Part shown: piece by piece, positions 58,333 to 64,000 of the stretch | Position numbering within the stretch: the stretch's first letter is position 1 | Layout: each line of letters starts with the position of its first letter | NCBI GenBank assembly: GCA_963801105.1 | Contig: CAWDDH010000003.1 | Coordinates: 984,785-1,048,784, forward strand | Source: an uncultured Acidimicrobiia bacterium | Lineage (GTDB): Bacteria > Actinomycetota > Acidimicrobiia > IMCC26256 > JAENVU01 | DNA: 64,000 nt | Reading direction: 5' to 3' | The notes under the pieces: model-generated | What the model saw: only the letters and a program-made list of their open reading frames with translations | Databases searched by the model: none | What the model was told of the DNA's origin: nothing | Made by a program: the position numbers and the translations under genes

Positions 58333-60337
58333 TCAGACGTCCGGCATCAGCGCGATGTCACGGGCGATGTCCCAGCCGAGCCAGTACGGCCCGCCGTGGG
58401 TCGCCGGCGGAGGCGCCTGTACGCCGATTCCGAATCCGTGGATTCCGCCGAAGCCATCTCCGACGAAGCCGCCGGTGCCGTCGAAGCTGACCGAGACTCC
58501 ACGCGTGGAGATGTAGTCGTTGTAGTACCCACCGTTGGTTGCCGGCGGCTTGGCGCCGCTGCTCCCGATCTTGAACGCGTGCAGCCGGCCCTTGCGGTCG
58601 ACGACGTAGCCGCCCTTGCCGTCCGGTGTGATCGTGATGCCGCGGGCCATGTCCTGGCCGAGCCAGTACGGGTTGCCGCTGATCGCGGGTGGCATCCGGT
58701 TCGAGCCGAGCCGGAACGGGTGGATCCCGCCGTACCCGTCGACGATGTAGCCGCCGGTCCGGTTCGGGAGCAGCGCCACGCCACGGGCGATGTCCCACCC
58801 GAGCCAGTACGGCCCGTTGTGGACCGCGGGCGGTGTGGCTCCGTTGCCGATCCGGAACGTGTTGAGCCCACCGAAGCCGTCGAGCACGTATCCGCCGGTG
58901 CCGTTGGAGAGGACGCTCACGCCGCGGGCGATGTCCCAGCCGAGCCAGTACGGCCCCCCGTGGAGTGCAGGTGGGAGCGGTCCCGTCCCCACCCGGAACC
59001 GGTTGAGCCCACCGAAGCCGTCGAGCGTGAGCCCGCCGGGCAGCGCCGTCGCCGGGTTCACCGTGATCTTCTGCGTCGCCGAGGTCGAGCCGGCGGCGTT
59101 GGTCGCCGTCAGCTTGGCCGTGTAGGTGGCAGCAGTCGTGTAGTTGTGCTTCGGGTTCCGCTGCGTGCTGTCGGTGGTCCCGTTGTTGTCGAAGTCCCAC
59201 GCCCAGCTGGTCGGGTTGCCGATGCTCGTGTCGGTGAACTGGACCGTGAACGGCGCGCGTCCCGTCGTCGGAATGGCGGTGAACGACGCCGTCGGCGCCG
59301 GCGCGGAGCCGAGCGTGTACACGTAGATCGGGTGGTCGCCGCTGGCCCGGTGGTCGTATCCGTCGCTGACGTAGAACCGGTCGACGCCGCCGGACGACAC
59401 GATCGCCAGGTCACGGGCGTCGATCATGCCGTCGTCGTCCACGGATCCACCGGGGACGCCGATGCTCTTCAGCGGGAACTTCCAGGCCGTGTTCTCGGTC
59501 CACGTCGAGCCGGAGATGGCGAAGCGATGGATCGTGGAGTCCGAGCCCGCGGTGGTCCGGCCGCTGGCCGTGTTCGTCGTGGCCGTCGTGACGAACGCGG
59601 TGTTGGCGTCGGGGAACGTGAGGCCGACGATGTTCGAGACCGCCAGCGTCTTGCTGCTGCTGAGCGCGTTCGTCGCGAAGTCGTACGTCTTGATCTTGGT
59701 GCCCTTGCCGAAGTACATGCCGGTTCCCGATCGCCAACCCGCGGCGGTCGGATCCTCCGTCTCGGGCAGCGCCTGCCACTGGGATGGTGCGAAGTGGCCG
59801 GACTGGCGGGTCAGCTTCCACACCGTGGGGTGGTTCGGGTAGCCGGGGGGGAGGCCCGGCGGTGCAGCAGCCTCCCGAGGTCACGTACAGCACGTCTGCG
59901 CCCGGGTCGTACACCACCGACTCGAAGTCGTCCGTTCGGCTGTGGCACTCGTTGGCGCCGGTGTCGCCCACGATGCCGGCGTCGAGCGCCTCGGAGCAGG
60001 TGAGGCCGGTTCCCACCTGGGTGGCGGCCTCGAAGTCAGCGGCCCGGAGCCGGAGCTTGTACGCACCCGTCGAGGAGTTGATCTCCCAGACGCTGTCGGC
60101 GTTGTCGTCGGCAACCCACATCGACGTGTCGCTCGCGACGTAGCCGAGGCCCTCGATGTCGCTGGCGTTGGCCGACGTACCCGAGAACGGGTGCGAGGAG
60201 ATGACGTGATCGAAGCTCAGCTGAGGGATCGCAGGGTTCGAGAGCGCCTGCGCGGTTCCCGCACCGGCGACCAGTCCCGCCATTCCCACCATCGTCGCCA
60301 GCACTGCTGCGGACAGTCGCGTCCGTGCTCGTTTCAC
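58333..60337 (-). CDS. Secreted protein: N-terminal propeller-like region, PKD domain, five C-terminal repeats (frameshift near 59850)
   Basis: Signal ending AQA; PKD motif APFTVQFTDTS..WAWDF..NPKHNY; repeats GGYxxDGxGG..PYWLGWDIARG. Confidence 0.8.
58336..59040 (-). repeat. Five ~141-bp (47-aa) intragenic coding repeats
   Basis: GGGCGATGTCCCASCCGAGCCAGTACGGCCC recurs near 58362, 58785 and 58926; divergent copies lie between. Confidence 0.85.
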
Positions 60338-60836
60338 TTCGCCTCCCGTTGGCCCCGTGCGTTCGCGCCGCCCTGCTGCGGGACGAAGTGGGGAGTGTTG
60401 CACTATTTGTCGGTCTTTGCCACTGATCGCGCGATTTCTTCCCCCGGAGTGACCACGTTCCGTGAGACGTCGGACGTTTCCGGCACCGCTGATCAGGTTC
60501 GATCCGGGCTGAGAACCGTGGTCCCGGCGGCAGCGCTCGGTGACTTCCACCCCCGACGATCGGCCGATCCCCGGCGCCGGCCGTCGTCGCGTGAACGGTC
60601 TCGCGAACCTGCCACCGAGTCCTCCCGTCCCGCGGTGTCCAGGGGCGACTCTCGCGAACAGGACGAACACGCAGCAAGCGCGGAAGCGTGATTTCTGGTC
60701 CCGTTGGCGACAATGAGTCACCTGCCCTACGCGTGGCAGCCACTCGCCGCGCCGAGACGCCCGCGATCGCGCGCGGAGCGCGCGATCGTGGGTCGACACC
60801 TCGGCGCGCGCGTGCCCATGGATAGAGTCCCGGGCC

Positions 60837-61403
60837 GTGATCCTCTCCGATCGTTCCATCCGCGAGGCGCTCGCGTCCGGCCGCGTCGTCGTGGAGCCCC
60901 TCGACGACGGGAACGTGCAGCCGTCGTCGGTGGACCTGCGCCTCGATCGCTACTTCCGGGTGTTCCGCAACGACACGACGCCGTACATCGATCCCGCCGA
61001 GGCCCAGGAGGACCTCACCGAGATCGTCGAGGTGAGCGAGGGCAACACCTTCATCCTCCATCCCGGCGAGTTCGTGCTCGGCTCGACGCTCGAACGCGTC
61101 GTGCTGCCGAACGACCTCGTCGCGCGCCTCGAGGGCAAGTCGTCGCTGGGTCGCCTCGGACTCCTCATCCACAGCACCGCGGGCTTCGTCGACGCCGGGT
61201 GGGACGGGCACCTCACGCTCGAGCTGAGCAACGTGGCCAACCTGCCGATCGCGCTGTACCCGCAGATGAAGATCGGCCAGATCAGCTTCTTCCAGATGAC
61301 GACGGCGGCCGACCACCCCTACGGCAGCACGGAGAAGGGCTCGAAGTACCAGGGCCAACGCGGTCCGACGCCGAGCCGGTACTACCTCAACTTCGGGAAG
61401 TAG
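60837..61403 (+). CDS. dcd: dCTP deaminase
   Basis: [32 protein letters not shown]. Confidence 0.95.
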   Translation: MILSDRSIREALASGRVVVEPLDDGNVQPSSVDLRLDRYFRVFRNDTTPYIDPAEAQEDLTEIVEVSEGNTFILHPGEFVLGSTLERVVLPNDLVARLEGKSSLGRLGLLIHSTAGFVDAGWDGHLTLELSNVANLPIALYPQMKIGQISFFQMTTAADHPYGSTEKGSKYQGQRGPTPSRYYLNFGK

Positions 61404-61405
61404 CG

Positions 61406-61978
61406 GTGGCGGAGCCCCGGCGCTGTGCGTGGGCCGGTGACGATCCGCTCATGCGCGCCTACCACGACGAGGAATGGGGCGTCCCCCAGCACGACCGGAT
61501 CCGCCTGTTCGAGAAGCTCTCCCTCGAGGGCGCCCAGGCCGGGCTGTCGTGGCGGACGATCCTCACCAAACGCGAGGGCTATCGCCGTTGCTTCGCGGGT
61601 TTCGATCCGGCGAAGGTCGCCCGGTTCACGCCGGCGCGCATCGAGAAGCTCATGGCGGACCCGGCGATCGTGCGCAACCGCGCCAAGATCACGTCCGTCG
61701 TCGACAACGCGAAGGCGCTCCGGCGGCTCGAGCGCGAGTACGGCGAGTTCGGCGACTACCTCTGGTCCTTCGTCGGCGGCCGGCCGGTGGTCAACCGGTG
61801 GAAGCGGAGGAGTGACCTCCCCGCGGTCACGGACACCTCGACGGAGTTGAGCACGGACCTCAAGCGCCGGGGATTCCGGTTCGTCGGTCCCACCACGATG
61901 TACGCGCTCATGCAGGCGATGGGCATGGTGAACGACCACACCGTCGACTGCTTCCGCTACGCCGACCTGGTCGCCTGA
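61406..61978 (+). CDS. tag: 3-methyladenine DNA glycosylase I
   Basis: RCAW, YHDEEWG, LEGAQAGLSW, FVGPTT, NDHTVDC. Confidence 0.95.
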   Translation: MAEPRRCAWAGDDPLMRAYHDEEWGVPQHDRIRLFEKLSLEGAQAGLSWRTILTKREGYRRCFAGFDPAKVARFTPARIEKLMADPAIVRNRAKITSVVDNAKALRRLEREYGEFGDYLWSFVGGRPVVNRWKRRSDLPAVTDTSTELSTDLKRRGFRFVGPTTMYALMQAMGMVNDHTVDCFRYADLVA

Positions 61979-62009
61979 GGGCGCATCCGCGGGCGACTCG
62001 GGAGGAGGT

Positions 62010-64000
62010 TCAGACGCCCGGGGGGAAGTGCGCGGTGACCGGGGCGGGAGTCGAGGGCTCGCGCTCGAGCGCCTCGAGGATCACCTCGGCGATGTCCGAG
62101 ACGACGACCTCTTCGTCCTTGCCTTCGCCCTTCACGCCGTCGTCCATCATCACGTAGCAGAAGGGGCAGGCGACGGCGATCCGCTCGGCGCCCGTCGCCA
62201 GGGCCTCCTGGGCCCGCTCCGTGTTGACCTTCTTGCCGGTCGTCTCCTCCATCCACATGCGCGCGCCGCCGGCGCCACAGCACATGCCCCGGGTGCCGTT
62301 GCGTGGCATCTCGACGATGTCGATGCCCGCGAGGGATCCGATCACGTTGCGCGGGGCGAGGTACACGTCGTTGTGGCGGCCGAGATAGCAGGAGTCGTGG
62401 TAGGTGACCCGCTCTTCGAGCGATGCGCCGGCCATCGCGAGGCGGCCGTCGGAGATCAGTTGCATCAGCAGCTCGGAGTGGTGCACGACCTCGTAGCGGC
62501 CGTCGAGCTGGGGGTACTCGTTCTTCAGGGTGTTGAAGCAGTGCGGGCACTGCGTGATGATCTTCTTCACGCCGAGCCCGTCGAGCGTCTCGATGTTCTG
62601 CATCGCCAGCATCTGGAAGATGTACTCGTTGCCCGAGCGCCGGGCGCTGTCGCCGGTGCACATCTCGCTCGGGCCGAGGATCGCGAAGTCGATCCCCGCG
62701 CGTTGGAGGAGCTTGGCCATCGCCCGGCTGGTCTTCTTGTTGCGGTCGTCGAAGCTGCCGGCGCAGCCGACCCAGTAGAGGTACTCGTGGTCGAACGCGC
62801 CCCCTGCCTCGACGATGTCGACGCCTTCGAGCTGGTCCGCCCAGTCGCCCCGCTCACCCTGGTTCATCCCGTAGACGTTCCCGCTGTTCTCCATCGAGCG
62901 GTACACGTTGCCGAGGCTGGCCGGGAAGTTGCTCTCCATGAGGGAGAGGTATCGGCGCATGTCGAGGATCTTGTCGAGGATCTCGATGTTCACGGGGCAG
63001 ATCTCGTCGCACGCCTTGCAGGACGTGCAGGACCACAGCTCCTCGGCGGTGATCCGCTCGAACAGACTGTCCGCGGCGACGGTGATCTCGCGGTCGATGC
63101 CGACCGGGGGAGACACCGGAGGGGTGCCCGTCAGTGCCATGACCTCACCGGTCTTGTTCACGATCTCACGCGGGTCGAGCGGCTTGCCGGTCGCGTGCGC
63201 CGGGCAGACCGACGTGCACCGTCCGCAGATCGTGCAGGCGTCGGTGTCGAACAGCTGCTTCCAGGTGAAGTCCTCGATGGTGGAGGCGCCGAACGTCTCG
63301 AGCTCGGTCTCCATGAGGTTCGGCATCTCGCGCATCGCGCCCTTGGGCCGCGGCCGGTCCTTCAGGTACATGTTCATCGGGCTCGTGATCATGTGGCGCA
63401 GCATCGTGGTGGGGAGGATCACGAGGAAGGCGAGGAAGGCGATGACGTGCGCCGTCCAGGCCCACCGGTGGAGATCGAGCAGCGTCTGGGCGTGCCACCC
63501 GTCGAAGATCGACGAGAAAGCCCAGCCGACGAAGCTCCACTTCTCGAAGTTCGCGCCCGAACCGAGCTCCCCGCGCAGCGCCGCGATCCGGAAGCCCTCG
63601 ACGACGAAGCCCGACAACCCGATCACGAGGAACGTCGTGAGGATGACGAGGTGCTCGGGCTTGGTCTTGATCCGGATGCGGTACGGCCGCTGCGCGTAGC
63701 GGCGAAGGAACGCCCAGACGATCCCGCCGAGGAACACCAGCCCGAAGAGGTCCGCGGTGAACGCGTAGGCCTCGTAGGTCCGGCCGTGGAGGAACTTGAG
63801 CGAGTCGGGGAGCTGGTGGTCGATCTCGAGGAGCACCGTCACGATGAACAGCACGAGGAAGCCGAAGTAGATCATCGAGTGCATGACACCGGCCGCGGGA
63901 TCGCGCAGCAGGGTGCGCATCCACACGCCGCGGCGGAAGTCGCGCATGCGGCGGTGCACGTTGGCCTTGTTGGTGCGCCGGTTGTCGGGCTTGCCGCGTT
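62010..64000 (-). CDS. Membrane Fe-S oxidoreductase, FadF/HdrD-like (5' end outside window)
   Basis: TM region, CTICGRCTSVCP and CTSCKACDEICP, CCG-type domains (YHDSCYLGR, CCGAGG). Confidence 0.92.
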   Translation of the reverse strand, partial: RGKPDNRRTNKANVHRRMRDFRRGVWMRTLLRDPAAGVMHSMIYFGFLVLFIVTVLLEIDHQLPDSLKFLHGRTYEAYAFTADLFGLVFLGGIVWAFLRRYAQRPYRIRIKTKPEHLVILTTFLVIGLSGFVVEGFRIAALRGELGSGANFEKWSFVGWAFSSIFDGWHAQTLLDLHRWAWTAHVIAFLAFLVILPTTMLRHMITSPMNMYLKDRPRPKGAMREMPNLMETELETFGASTIEDFTWKQLFDTDACTICGRCTSVCPAHATGKPLDPREIVNKTGEVMALTGTPPVSPPVGIDREITVAADSLFERITAEELWSCTSCKACDEICPVNIEILDKILDMRRYLSLMESNFPASLGNVYRSMENSGNVYGMNQGERGDWADQLEGVDIVEAGGAFDHEYLYWVGCAGSFDDRNKKTSRAMAKLLQRAGIDFAILGPSEMCTGDSARRSGNEYIFQMLAMQNIETLDGLGVKKIITQCPHCFNTLKNEYPQLDGRYEVVHHSELLMQLISDGRLAMAGASLEERVTYHDSCYLGRHNDVYLAPRNVIGSLAGIDIVEMPRNGTRGMCCGAGGARMWMEETTGKKVNTERAQEALATGAERIAVACPFCYVMMDDGVKGEGKDEEVVVSDIAEVILEALEREPSTPAPVTAHFPPGV

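Noticed and set aside
58360..58960. Recurrent ~31-bp sequence resembling a CRISPR repeat
   Set aside because: The period is 141 bp, in frame within a CDS, the intervening sequences are homologous, and there are no cas genes

Overview
This is a high-GC actinobacterial chromosome segment spanning the replication origin; gene content suggests Acidimicrobiia, which is an inference. The core runs DUF3566-gyrA-gyrB-dciA-recF-dnaN-oriC-dnaA on the minus strand and rpmH-rnpA-yidD-yidC-jag-rsmG-(2x parS)-parA-parB on the plus strand. It continues with the conserved cell-envelope/redox block (cwlM-like, trxA, trxB, anti-sigma, ECF sigma, Ser/Thr kinase, degV, murJ, DUF6049), then cca, panB, rpsF-ssb-rpsR-rplI, dnaB, nucS, dcd and tag. 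There are three tRNAs (Ala-TGC, Ile-GAT, Gly-CCC). Accessory content includes a Zur-type regulator with a metal ABC operon, a Tat-lipoprotein carotenoid oxygenase, a tandem paralog pair, a MoxR-DUF58-transglutaminase operon, ArsR-SRPBCC, a divergent GNAT/histone-deacetylase pair, an orphan PilT/PilU and a secreted PKD protein with five C-terminal repeats. About 12 small frameshifts, some in essential genes, look like assembly errors. I saw no CRISPR array, integrase, transposase or prophage. No new system is proven here. The best leads are the GNAT/HDAC pair at the head of the murJ operon, a second DnaA-box cluster before dnaB, a Zn-free S18 in the core operon, two unannotated small leaderless ORFs and the five-repeat surface domain. 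All family calls come from motif recognition by eye; no database search was run.
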